Assembly (NCBI GenBank): GCA_030600085.1
Contig: JAUVMT010000002.1
Span: 1-36,085 of the forward strand
Origin: Gemmatimonadales bacterium
GTDB lineage: Bacteria > Gemmatimonadota > Gemmatimonadetes > Palauibacterales > Palauibacteraceae
Length of the DNA stretch: 36,085 nucleotides
Direction: 5' to 3'
Made by a program: the position numbers and the translations under genes. Below the pieces are notes generated by a model. The model worked only from the letters and a program-made list of their open reading frames with translations, ran no database searches and was not told the DNA's origin. Shown here piece by piece: positions 18,858 through 26,522 of the stretch (position 1 is its first letter; each line of letters starts with the position of its first letter).

Positions 18858-19799
18858 TCACGACGCGTCACGCGCCCGGCGCGCCGTGGGCCGCCTCATG
18901 GCCGGCGGCCGAAGCGCGAGGACGCGCAGGGCGAGCCCTGGCCGCTTTCGGGTCGTCACCCAGACGATGCCGGCAAGCGTCACTCCGGTCGCAACCCAGC
19001 TGGCTTCGGGCCCGAAGGACCCTCCGGTGAGTGAGCTCGATCCACTCAAGACCGCCTCGATCCCCGGAGTGTCCAGCGAGAAACCGGGAACGGCGTCATC
19101 CACACCGCTCACCGGCAGATCGGCGGCGACGCCCATCGCCCAGTTCCAGCCGAAATGAATACCCGTCACAAACCACAGGCTCATCGTCCGCCAAAGCGCG
19201 GCTCCCAGCAGGACTCCCGCGAGGGCGATGTTGACCAGAGCGAGAGGCGAGACATGGGGATTCAGGGCGTGAAGGCCGGCGAACACCACGGCCGTCAGCA
19301 GGACCGCCGCTGGTCCGCCGAGGGCTTCCGCGATCACCTGCAGCGGATATCCCCTGAGCAGCAACTCCTCGGCGAAGGCCGCCACCGCCAGGAAGGCGCT
19401 GAGCTCGAGCAACGTGCCGACGGCGTGTCCGGCGGTGGTAGGCTCTCGCGCCCAAGCGAGGGCCCCGGCCACGACCATGACCAGGACCGCGAGGCCCATG
19501 AGCGAGATGCCAAGCAGCGCACCGCTGCCGAACGAGGAGGGGACGAGGCGGTCCACCGGCAAACCGAGCGCGGCCAGGGGCTTACCCTCCACGCCCTCCA
19601 TCATGAACCAGCTCGCGATGCTCGCCGCCACCAGCGGCACCAGAAAGACCCAGCGCTCCGGCCAGGCGCCGGTGAGCCACGGCGCACCCAACCATTCCGC
19701 CAGCTGGTTGAGAACGAGCAGAAGGGTCAGGAATGCCACCACGAAGAGGCCGAGCCGCCAACCCGCGCGTAGGCGACCCGTCGACCCGCGCAGGATCAC
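18858..19799 (-). CDS. CPBP family intramembrane glutamic endopeptidase (CAAX protease-like)
   Basis: The protein is polytopic and carries the motifs AFAEELLLRGY (EExxxR) and VVFAGLHALN (FxxxH). The start is GTG at 19799. Confidence 0.8.
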   Translation of the reverse strand: MILRGSTGRLRAGWRLGLFVVAFLTLLLVLNQLAEWLGAPWLTGAWPERWVFLVPLVAASIASWFMMEGVEGKPLAALGLPVDRLVPSSFGSGALLGISLMGLAVLVMVVAGALAWAREPTTAGHAVGTLLELSAFLAVAAFAEELLLRGYPLQVIAEALGGPAAVLLTAVVFAGLHALNPHVSPLALVNIALAGVLLGAALWRTMSLWFVTGIHFGWNWAMGVAADLPVSGVDDAVPGFSLDTPGIEAVLSGSSSLTGGSFGPEASWVATGVTLAGIVWVTTRKRPGLALRVLALRPPAMRRPTARRARDAS

Positions 19800-19823
19800 C
19801 GGGCTCTCACCGAGCTCGGGCGG

Positions 19824-20411
19824 CTAACCGAGAGCGCCGCGAAGACGAGCGCGCAACCGTCCCCCGATGAGGACGGCGAGCGCGATCTTCAGAACATCCC
19901 CCGGTAGAAACGAAAGCACGCCCACCCGGAACGTCACCGATCCTGCCCCGAGCGCGGCCAGCCAAGACATGCCGGCCAGGTGGATGAACGCGACACCCAG
20001 AACCGCCCCGGCGATCATGGGAAGAACTCCCCTGGATCTGCCGGCCACCCAACCGGCGATTGCGGCCGCGACGGGAAACGCCAGCAGATAGCCTCCGGTC
20101 GGTCCGAGCAGATACGCCAGGCCTCCTCCGGCCATGAAAACCGGAAGGCCGGCGATGCCGGCCCCCAGGTAGAGCAGCTGGCTGGACGCGCCCAGGCGCG
20201 GCCCGAGAGCGATGCCGCTCAGAAGGACCGCGAAGACCTGCAGGGTGAACGGGACCGCCGTGCCCGGCAGCGGCACCGCCAGCTTCGCTCCCATCGCCGT
20301 CAGCGCCGCGAAGACCACGACCGCCAACGCCCGCAGCAGACTCCGCTCAACGCGAGCGGTACGTGTTCCAGATGATATTGTTTTGTTTGCAGTTATCATT
20401 GTCAGTATCAA
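19824..20411 (-). CDS. bioY: biotin transporter BioY
   Basis: The hallmark stretch is PLPGTAVPFTLQVFAVLLSGIALGPRLG...GLPVFMAGGGLAYLLGPTGGYLLAFP. The start is either TTG 20411 (a TTGA overlap with the thiolase stop) or ATG 20399. Confidence 0.88.
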   Translation of the reverse strand: MILTMITANKTISSGTRTARVERSLLRALAVVVFAALTAMGAKLAVPLPGTAVPFTLQVFAVLLSGIALGPRLGASSQLLYLGAGIAGLPVFMAGGGLAYLLGPTGGYLLAFPVAAAIAGWVAGRSRGVLPMIAGAVLGVAFIHLAGMSWLAALGAGSVTFRVGVLSFLPGDVLKIALAVLIGGRLRARLRGALG

Positions 20412-21625
20412 GCGAGTTCTACGCTCATGGCGACCGCGTTCCCGCCGCCCAGGCAGAGCGTTGCAAGGCCCTTGTCGACGTCCCGATCCCGCATCGCATA
20501 AACGAGCGTCGTGAGGATGCGCGCACCCGAAGCCCCTATCGGGTGCCCGAGCGCCACGGCTCCGCCCCGGACGTTCACGCGGTCCCAGTCCACCCCCAAC
20601 TGACGGCCGTCGGCCAGGACCTGGACGGCAAACGCCTCGTTCATCTCGAACAAGCCGTAATCGGCCGCCGTAGTGCCCTCGGCCTCCATCAGCTTCCGCA
20701 CGGCCACGACCGGAGCGAAAAAGAGGTCGCGGGGGGCCGTCGCGCCGACCGAATATGCCGAGATTCGTACGAGGATGTCCAGGCCGTTCGCCGCGGCGAA
20801 CGCCTCGGAGGTGATAACCGTGGCCGCGGCTCCGTCGTTCAGGCCCGGGGCGTTGCCCGCCGTGACGCTGAGCTCCTGAACCTCGGGGGGGGCATCGGCA
20901 CCGAACGCGGGCCTCAGCTTCGCCATGGCCTCCATCGATGTGTCCCGCCGCGGCGGCTCATCGGTGTCGACGACCACGGACCCCTTTCGGCCCGGCACTT
21001 CGACGGGAACGACCTCGGCGTCGAACTCACCGGCATCAATGGCCCGAACCGCCTTCTGGTGGCTACATACCGCGAACTCGTCCTGGTCTTCCCGACTGAT
21101 CTCGGCCTTCATGGCCGTGTACTCCGCGTAGCCGCCCATGTGACACTCGCCGAAGGAACACCAGAGCCCGTCGTTGATCAGCCCATCGATCACCTGGCGA
21201 TCGCCGAATTTGACCCCCGTTCGATACCCGCGAACGAGATAGGGGGCGTTCGACATCGACTCCATGCCTCCGGCGATGATCACCTGGTTGTCCCCGGCGC
21301 GAATGGCCTGTGCAGCCAGCATCGCGGCCTTCAGGCCAGATCCGCACACCTTGTTGATCGTGACGGCCGGAACCGTCTCGGGAACCCCTCCCAGGATGGC
21401 CGCCTGGCGGGCCGGAGCCTGTCCGACACCCGCCTGAACCACGTTCCCCATGATCACGTCCTGGATCTCCCCCACCGGCACACCCGACCTCTCGACCGCG
21501 GCCTCGATCGCCTTCGCGCCCAGCGCTGGAGCGGTCAGCGGGGAGAGCCCGCCCAGGAATCGGCCCGTGGGCAGGCGGGCCGCGCCGACTATGACCGCTG
21601 TATGATCCTTGGTCATTATCTTCAC
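20408..21625 (-). CDS. acetyl-CoA C-acetyltransferase (thiolase II)
   Basis: The active-site Cys block is INKVCGSGLKA, with NVRGGAVALGHPIGASGARIL and C-terminal CLGGGNAVA. The start is GTG 21625 or ATG 21616. Confidence 0.93.
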   Translation of the reverse strand: MKIMTKDHTAVIVGAARLPTGRFLGGLSPLTAPALGAKAIEAAVERSGVPVGEIQDVIMGNVVQAGVGQAPARQAAILGGVPETVPAVTINKVCGSGLKAAMLAAQAIRAGDNQVIIAGGMESMSNAPYLVRGYRTGVKFGDRQVIDGLINDGLWCSFGECHMGGYAEYTAMKAEISREDQDEFAVCSHQKAVRAIDAGEFDAEVVPVEVPGRKGSVVVDTDEPPRRDTSMEAMAKLRPAFGADAPPEVQELSVTAGNAPGLNDGAAATVITSEAFAAANGLDILVRISAYSVGATAPRDLFFAPVVAVRKLMEAEGTTAADYGLFEMNEAFAVQVLADGRQLGVDWDRVNVRGGAVALGHPIGASGARILTTLVYAMRDRDVDKGLATLCLGGGNAVAMSVELA

Positions 21626-21667
21626 CGTCCTCTTGGCTTCGATCTTCGCACTCGCACCACCCGCACG

Positions 21668-22537
21668 CTACTCGCCGTCGTAGCGCACGTCCGTCAGCTC
21701 GCAGCCACCGCCCTCGCGAGGCCGCGCCACGCCCGTGGCCACCTTCGGATCGTGGCAGAGAACGATGTGCCAGTGCTCCGCTCCGGCCCGGGTCAGCCAC
21801 GTGCGCTTGCTCTCCAGCGTGACCAGCGGCTCCACGTCGTATCCCATGATCCAGGGAAGCCGGAGGTGGGCGTTCGTCGGGGCGAGGTCCCCGGGATAGA
21901 ACACCGTGTGTCTTCCCACACGCACGATCACCGACTGGTGGTAGGGGGTGTGGCCCGGTGTGCGCACGGCGGTGATCCCCGGCACCACCTCCACGTCCTC
22001 GTCCACGAACTCCAACACGCCCGCCTCCGCCAACGGCGCGAAACTCTCTGGTAGATAGCTGGCTCTTACCCGTTCATTCACCTCGTGTGCAAACTCCCAT
22101 TCGCCACGTCGAACCAGGTGGCGGGCCCGGCTGAACGAAGGGCGGATCGCTCCGTCATCGCAAAGTGTGGTGCTCCCGCCGGCATGATCGAAGTGAAGAT
22201 GGGTGCAGATGATGAGGTGCACGTCTTCGGGCTCCACGCCGGCCTCCCTGAGCGAATCTTCCAATCTCGTAGGCCGGCCCGCGTTACGAATCCCGTAGAT
22301 CTCCTGGAACTTCTCATCCTCCTTGTTGCCCAGGCCCGTATCCACCAGCACCACCTCCCGACCGGTCTCTACGAGCAGGCAGCGCATGGCCAACGGTATC
22401 CGGTTGCGCTCGTCCGCCGCGATCTGGCGCGTCCACAGCGGCTTCGGAACGACCCCGAACATCGCGCCCCCATCCAGCTTGAGCCGACCGGCATCCACCG
22501 TGCGAACGCGCACCCCACCGTCCTCGCACACGATCAT
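21668..22537 (-). CDS. MBL-fold metallo-hydrolase, AiiA/lactonase-like HLHFDH motif
   Basis: The motif ICTHLHFDHAGG is present, and the protein starts MIVCEDGGVRVRTVDAGRLKLDGGAMFG. The ATG 22537 overlaps the exonuclease TGA (ATGA). The track start at 22585 overlaps the upstream gene. Confidence 0.8.
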   Translation of the reverse strand: MIVCEDGGVRVRTVDAGRLKLDGGAMFGVVPKPLWTRQIAADERNRIPLAMRCLLVETGREVVLVDTGLGNKEDEKFQEIYGIRNAGRPTRLEDSLREAGVEPEDVHLIICTHLHFDHAGGSTTLCDDGAIRPSFSRARHLVRRGEWEFAHEVNERVRASYLPESFAPLAEAGVLEFVDEDVEVVPGITAVRTPGHTPYHQSVIVRVGRHTVFYPGDLAPTNAHLRLPWIMGYDVEPLVTLESKRTWLTRAGAEHWHIVLCHDPKVATGVARPREGGGCELTDVRYDGE

Positions 22538-23376
22538 CCGATCCCCCGCCGTCGCCGCCGGCGCTTCGGACGCTCGGACAACCAACTCTGCAGCTCAGCC
22601 CAGTGCTCCACACCCTCCCGCTCGACCTCGTCCAGTAGCCGGATGAGCAGGAGCGCTGTCGCCCGGGCATCTCCCCAGGCGCGATGACGGCCGTCGATCT
22701 CGATTCCGTAGTACCTCGCAAGGGAGTCGAGGCCACGACGGTGTAGGCCCGGCAGTGCCTTCCGGGCCAGCCGGACGGTGCAAAGTCGCGGTCCGTTCGG
22801 GATCATCATCCGGGCCCGCTGAATCTCGGCACTCACGTAGGCCCAGTCGTAGGCCGCGTTGTGAGCGACGAACACGCGGCCCTCCAGCTTCTCCTTGAGA
22901 TCGTCGCAGATATCTCGAAACCTGGGCGCATCCGACACCATCTCGCCGGAGATGCCGGTGAGCTCCGAGACCCAGCGCGGCACGGGACGATCGGGGTTTA
23001 CGAGCGTGGTGAACTCCTCCCGTATCGCCCCGCCCCGAACCTCCGCCAGCGCAATCTCTATGATTCGGCCGCCGCTTGAGACCGGTATGCCGGTCGTCTC
23101 GACATCCACCACTGCGAACGACACCGTATCCAGCCGTCGCTCTGCTCTCGAGGGTGGCGTCGCGAGCCGCCAAACGCCGTCGCCGTCGACCTCCACCCGG
23201 TGATCTTCGGCTAGCAGCTCGAACACGAGGCGTGCCGCCAACCCGGGAGGACCGTTTCTCAAACCAAAGACGCGGCCGGCGATCTTGGAGGTGTGCTGCG
23301 GCCTTTCCTCGATCAGGCTGAGCGCATGTGAGACGAGTGATGAGCTCTCCGAGAAGCGCAGGCCCGGATCGTTCAC
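22534..23376 (-). CDS. DEDDh 3'-5' exonuclease (DnaQ/epsilon-like) with an N-terminal winged-helix-like domain
   Basis: The three exonuclease motifs are ExoI FAVVDVETTG, ExoII VFVAHNAAYDWAYV and ExoIII HRAWGDARAT. The roughly 80-aa N-terminal region SLVSHALSLIEERPQHTSKIAGRVFGL...LVFELLAEDHRVEVDGDGVWRLA resembles a HARE-HTH-type wHTH; this is pattern recognition only. The start is GTG. Confidence 0.82.
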   Translation of the reverse strand: MNDPGLRFSESSSLVSHALSLIEERPQHTSKIAGRVFGLRNGPPGLAARLVFELLAEDHRVEVDGDGVWRLATPPSRAERRLDTVSFAVVDVETTGIPVSSGGRIIEIALAEVRGGAIREEFTTLVNPDRPVPRWVSELTGISGEMVSDAPRFRDICDDLKEKLEGRVFVAHNAAYDWAYVSAEIQRARMMIPNGPRLCTVRLARKALPGLHRRGLDSLARYYGIEIDGRHRAWGDARATALLLIRLLDEVEREGVEHWAELQSWLSERPKRRRRRRGIG

Positions 23377-23546
23377 CCGGCCACCCTCATGCGTGGGGAG
23401 CGCTCCCCGTCGCGGGAAGAGGTGAGCGCGAACGTGAGCCCCTCGGGCTCCTGGCTCGAGATCAGCGCCTGCTTTCCGGCGACGTCCCTGAGCAGACGGA
23501 GGTATAGAGAAAGGCGGCGAACGGCCGACTCGGAGATCTTCTTCAC
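23373..23546 (-). CDS. unlisted 57-codon ORF with a Rex-like N-terminal segment
   Basis: I translated it manually from GTG 23546 to TGA 23375-23373. The product is VKKISESAVRRLSLYLRLLRDVAGKQALISSQEPEGLTFALTSSRDGERSPRMRVAG. G or C ends 49 of 57 codons. Its stop overlaps the exonuclease GTG (GTGA). It falls below the 60-aa cutoff of the ORF track. Confidence 0.5.
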   Translation of the reverse strand: MKKISESAVRRLSLYLRLLRDVAGKQALISSQEPEGLTFALTSSRDGERSPRMRVAG

Positions 23547-23591
23547 ACTCCCAAGACGCTTGTGAAATCCTTCACCAGCAAGATATGAACG

Positions 23592-24428
23592 CTACTTCCG
23601 CTTCTCAACATGACCGCTCAGGCCGCGGGCAAGCGCACGCAGTTCCTGTGGATGAAGCTTCTCGGGCCGGTCGCTAGGATCGAAGCCGATGATCGCCGCG
23701 AGCTGCTCGACCTCCTGCTGGGACAGACGGTACTCCGGGGCGCTTCGCAGGATCTTCTGCAGCTGCTTGCGCCGCTGGCCGAAAACCACTCGAGTCAGCT
23801 GGCGCAGCGCCGCCTCCTCCTCGGCGACCGGCGCCCCGGGATCGGGATCGATCACGACGACGGCCGAGTCCACCGCGGGCACGGGGCGGAACGCGTTCCT
23901 GCCGATGCGAAAGGCGACCCTCGGAGCTCCCCGGACCTGCACCCCGACGCTCAACGCACCGTACGTCTTCGACCCCGGCTCAGCCACGATCCGCTCAGCC
24001 ACCTCCCGCTGCACCGTAATCACGACGCGTTCCGATGGAGGGCGCATGTCCAGAATGCGAAACAGAAGCGGAGTCGTGATCGCGTAGGGTAGATTGGAGA
24101 GCACCCGGTAGGCCCGGCCGACCGGAATCAGCGCCGAGAGGTCGACGTCGAGGGCATCATCGTGAACCACCCGCACGCTCTCGTTATCGGCGAACCTGTC
24201 GCGCAGCTCCGGGGCCAGATGATCGTCCTTCTCGACGAGGACGAGGTCAGCCACCCTGCCAGCGAGGCGACCGCCCAGTTCCCCGTGGCCCGCCCCGATC
24301 TCGAGCACCACGTCCTGCGGAGGCGCATCCAGCTCCCGGATGATCTTCTCCTGCAGGTTCCGGTCGATCAGGAAGTTCTGGCTGAGCGACCGCTTGGCTC
24401 GCCGATGTTCGGGCGCTTCGGCTCTCAT
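23592..24428 (-). CDS. rsmA: 16S rRNA (adenine1518/1519-N6)-dimethyltransferase
   Basis: Family blocks are LSQNFLID, the SAM site VLEIGAGHGEL, and SNLPYAITTPLL. Confidence 0.93.
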   Translation of the reverse strand: MRAEAPEHRRAKRSLSQNFLIDRNLQEKIIRELDAPPQDVVLEIGAGHGELGGRLAGRVADLVLVEKDDHLAPELRDRFADNESVRVVHDDALDVDLSALIPVGRAYRVLSNLPYAITTPLLFRILDMRPPSERVVITVQREVAERIVAEPGSKTYGALSVGVQVRGAPRVAFRIGRNAFRPVPAVDSAVVVIDPDPGAPVAEEEAALRQLTRVVFGQRRKQLQKILRSAPEYRLSQQEVEQLAAIIGFDPSDRPEKLHPQELRALARGLSGHVEKRK

Positions 24429-24463
24429 CGCTCCCTCTCAGCCGGCTCCTTCGCGGCTGGCCG

Positions 24464-25456
24464 TCAGTCGGCCATGAGTGCGGTGATGCAGGCGACGTAG
24501 ACGATGTCCTCAGCGACCGCTCCGCGGGACAGATCGTTCAGTGGACGTGCCAAGCCCTGCAGAATCGGGCCCAGAGCTTCCGCTCCGGCCAACCGCTGCA
24601 CGAGCTTGTAGGCGATGTTGGCGGCGTCCAGGTCCGGGAAGATGAGCACGTTCGCGTCGCCACCCAGGGGCGAACCGGGAGCCTTGCGTGCCGCGACATT
24701 CGGCATGAGTGCCGCGTCGACCTGCAGCTCTCCGTCCGCGACGAAGGAGGGACAGCGCTCCCGGAACAGCCGGAAAGCCTCGCGAACGCGGTCGACCGAG
24801 GACCCCTCGGCGGAGCCGTGCGTGGAATAGGAGAGGAAGGCGACGCGCGGTTCGTCTCCGACGATCGTGCGGCGTGCTCGCGCCGCCTGCTCCGCGATCT
24901 CGGCGAGCTGGCCGGGCGTCGGATCGGGGAGCACGCCGCCGTCAGCGAACGTGAGCACGGAGTATCCCACCGGCGTCGGCTCGCGCAGCAGCATGTAGAA
25001 GGCGCTGGACACGACCTCCGTCCCGGACGCCATCCCTATGCAACGGAGCCCGGCCCGAATCACTGCCGCCGTCTCGGCCTCGGCACCGGCCACCGCCCCG
25101 TCCAGCCAGCCTGAACGAACGAGGCCCGCCGCCACCTCCAGCGACGACCCCTCATCGCACTCTTCGAGCGCCGCCACCCATGCATCGGCAGGCGGACGGA
25201 CGACGTCCAGGCACTCGACGTCAGGTAGAACCTCGCGGAACCGGTCGAGCTCGGCGCCCGAACCCAAAGCCACCGGGTGCACGATGCCTTCGACCGAAAG
25301 CCTGGCGATGGCCTCGATCGTCCGCTCGTCGCTGAGCTCCGGAAACCCGATTCGCCGCCCCAGAGAGGCCGCTCGCGTAGTGAGCGACCTCAGAAACTCC
25401 GCCTGCCCGCTCGACGCGGCTTCCGCGGGCGGCGTCCGGACGCTCCCCGGCCTCAT
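24464..25456 (-). CDS. pta: phosphate acetyltransferase (PTA_PTB family, short type)
   Basis: The protein is 330 aa. It contains [14 protein letters not shown] and the C-terminal [34 protein letters not shown], typical of Pta. The ATG overlaps the coaD TGA (ATGA). Confidence 0.82.
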   Translation of the reverse strand: MRPGSVRTPPAEAASSGQAEFLRSLTTRAASLGRRIGFPELSDERTIEAIARLSVEGIVHPVALGSGAELDRFREVLPDVECLDVVRPPADAWVAALEECDEGSSLEVAAGLVRSGWLDGAVAGAEAETAAVIRAGLRCIGMASGTEVVSSAFYMLLREPTPVGYSVLTFADGGVLPDPTPGQLAEIAEQAARARRTIVGDEPRVAFLSYSTHGSAEGSSVDRVREAFRLFRERCPSFVADGELQVDAALMPNVAARKAPGSPLGGDANVLIFPDLDAANIAYKLVQRLAGAEALGPILQGLARPLNDLSRGAVAEDIVYVACITALMAD

Positions 25457-25965
25457 CCGCCGGCAACACTCGGACCGAGGCGAGCCACCATCGCTTCCAG
25501 GACTATGGGAGGAACGAAGGCGGTCACGTCGCCTTTGAGGCGGGCCACTTCGCGGACGAGGGAGGAGCTCAAGAAGGTGTATTTGTTGTCCGGCGTCATG
25601 AAGATCACCTCGATCTGCGGCCAGAGCGATCGGTTCATGAGCGCCATCTGGAACTCGTACTCGAAGTCGCTCACGGCCCGGAGACCGCGAATGATGATCG
25701 GGGCGGCCGATGTGCGAGCGAAGTCCACGAGAAGCCCTTCGAACGACGAGATCGTGACTCTCGGCTCGTCGTCATAAACGCGCTCCAGGGTCGCGATTCG
25801 TTCCTCCAGGTCGAAGAGCGACGTCTTCGGCTGGGTCGCCGTCTCGGCCACGGCCACGATCACCCGGTCAACCAGCTTCAGGCTCCGGCGTACGATATCG
25901 TCGTGCCCCAGCGTGATGGGGTCGAAGGAGCCCGGATACACCGCGGTCCTCTCCGCTCTGCTCAC
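25453..25965 (-). CDS. coaD: pantetheine-phosphate adenylyltransferase
   Basis: The motif [18 protein letters not shown] (TxGH) is present. The GTG 25965 overlaps the rsmD TGA (GTGA). The longer track ORF overlaps rsmD. Confidence 0.92.
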   Translation of the reverse strand: MSRAERTAVYPGSFDPITLGHDDIVRRSLKLVDRVIVAVAETATQPKTSLFDLEERIATLERVYDDEPRVTISSFEGLLVDFARTSAAPIIIRGLRAVSDFEYEFQMALMNRSLWPQIEVIFMTPDNKYTFLSSSLVREVARLKGDVTAFVPPIVLEAMVARLGPSVAGG

Positions 25966-26522
25966 TGATCCGTCTCCCTTTCTGAGCCGGTCTTCCCGGC
26001 TGTCAGGAACGTCAGCTCGACATCGCCGTAACGACGCGACCACGAGATCTCGCGCTCGCCGGCCAGGGCTCCGGGCTCGTGCTCGACGCAAAGGACGTCG
26101 GCGAACGGTCGCTCTCGGAACAGGTCGACCAGACGGTTCGCGAGTCCCTTACGATACGGCGGGTCGGCCAACGCCACATCCCACCGGCGATCCCGGTGCG
26201 ACTCCAGGAACGCGAACACGTCGCCGCGCCGCAGACGTCCGCGGTCGCTCACTCCCAACCCCTCCAGGTTCGACCTCAGAGCAGCGACCAGCCGGCGGTT
26301 GGTCTCCACGAAATCGACCCGGGTCGCTCCTCGCGAGAGCGCCTCGATCCCCAGGGCGCCCGACCCGGCGAACAGGTCGATCACGACCGCCCCCTCGAGT
26401 CGAGTGCCGAGCGCGCTGAACCAGGCCTCCCGCACTCGATCGGTCGTCGCGCGGAGCTCCGGCCGCCTGGGGACGAGGATCACGCGGCCGCCGAGCTCTC
26501 CGGCGACGATGCGCAGTCTCAA
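25962..26522 (-). CDS. rsmD: 16S rRNA (guanine966-N2)-methyltransferase
   Basis: Motifs DLFAGSGALGIEALSRGA and ADPPY are present. The TTG 26522 overlaps the recJ TGA (TTGA). Confidence 0.88.
   Translation of the reverse strand: MRLRIVAGELGGRVILVPRRPELRATTDRVREAWFSALGTRLEGAVVIDLFAGSGALGIEALSRGATRVDFVETNRRLVAALRSNLEGLGVSDRGRLRRGDVFAFLESHRDRRWDVALADPPYRKGLANRLVDLFRERPFADVLCVEHEPGALAGEREISWSRRYGDVELTFLTAGKTGSERETDQ

Noticed and set aside
23373-23546. The idea that the Rex-like small ORF and the exonuclease are one gene split by a frameshift or sequencing error.
   Set aside because: The small ORF keeps strong G/C3 bias right up to its own stop. The exonuclease frame extended upstream over the same DNA has many A/T-ending codons and no start. 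A GTGA-coupled two-gene arrangement fits better, although I cannot fully exclude the remnant of an older rex gene.
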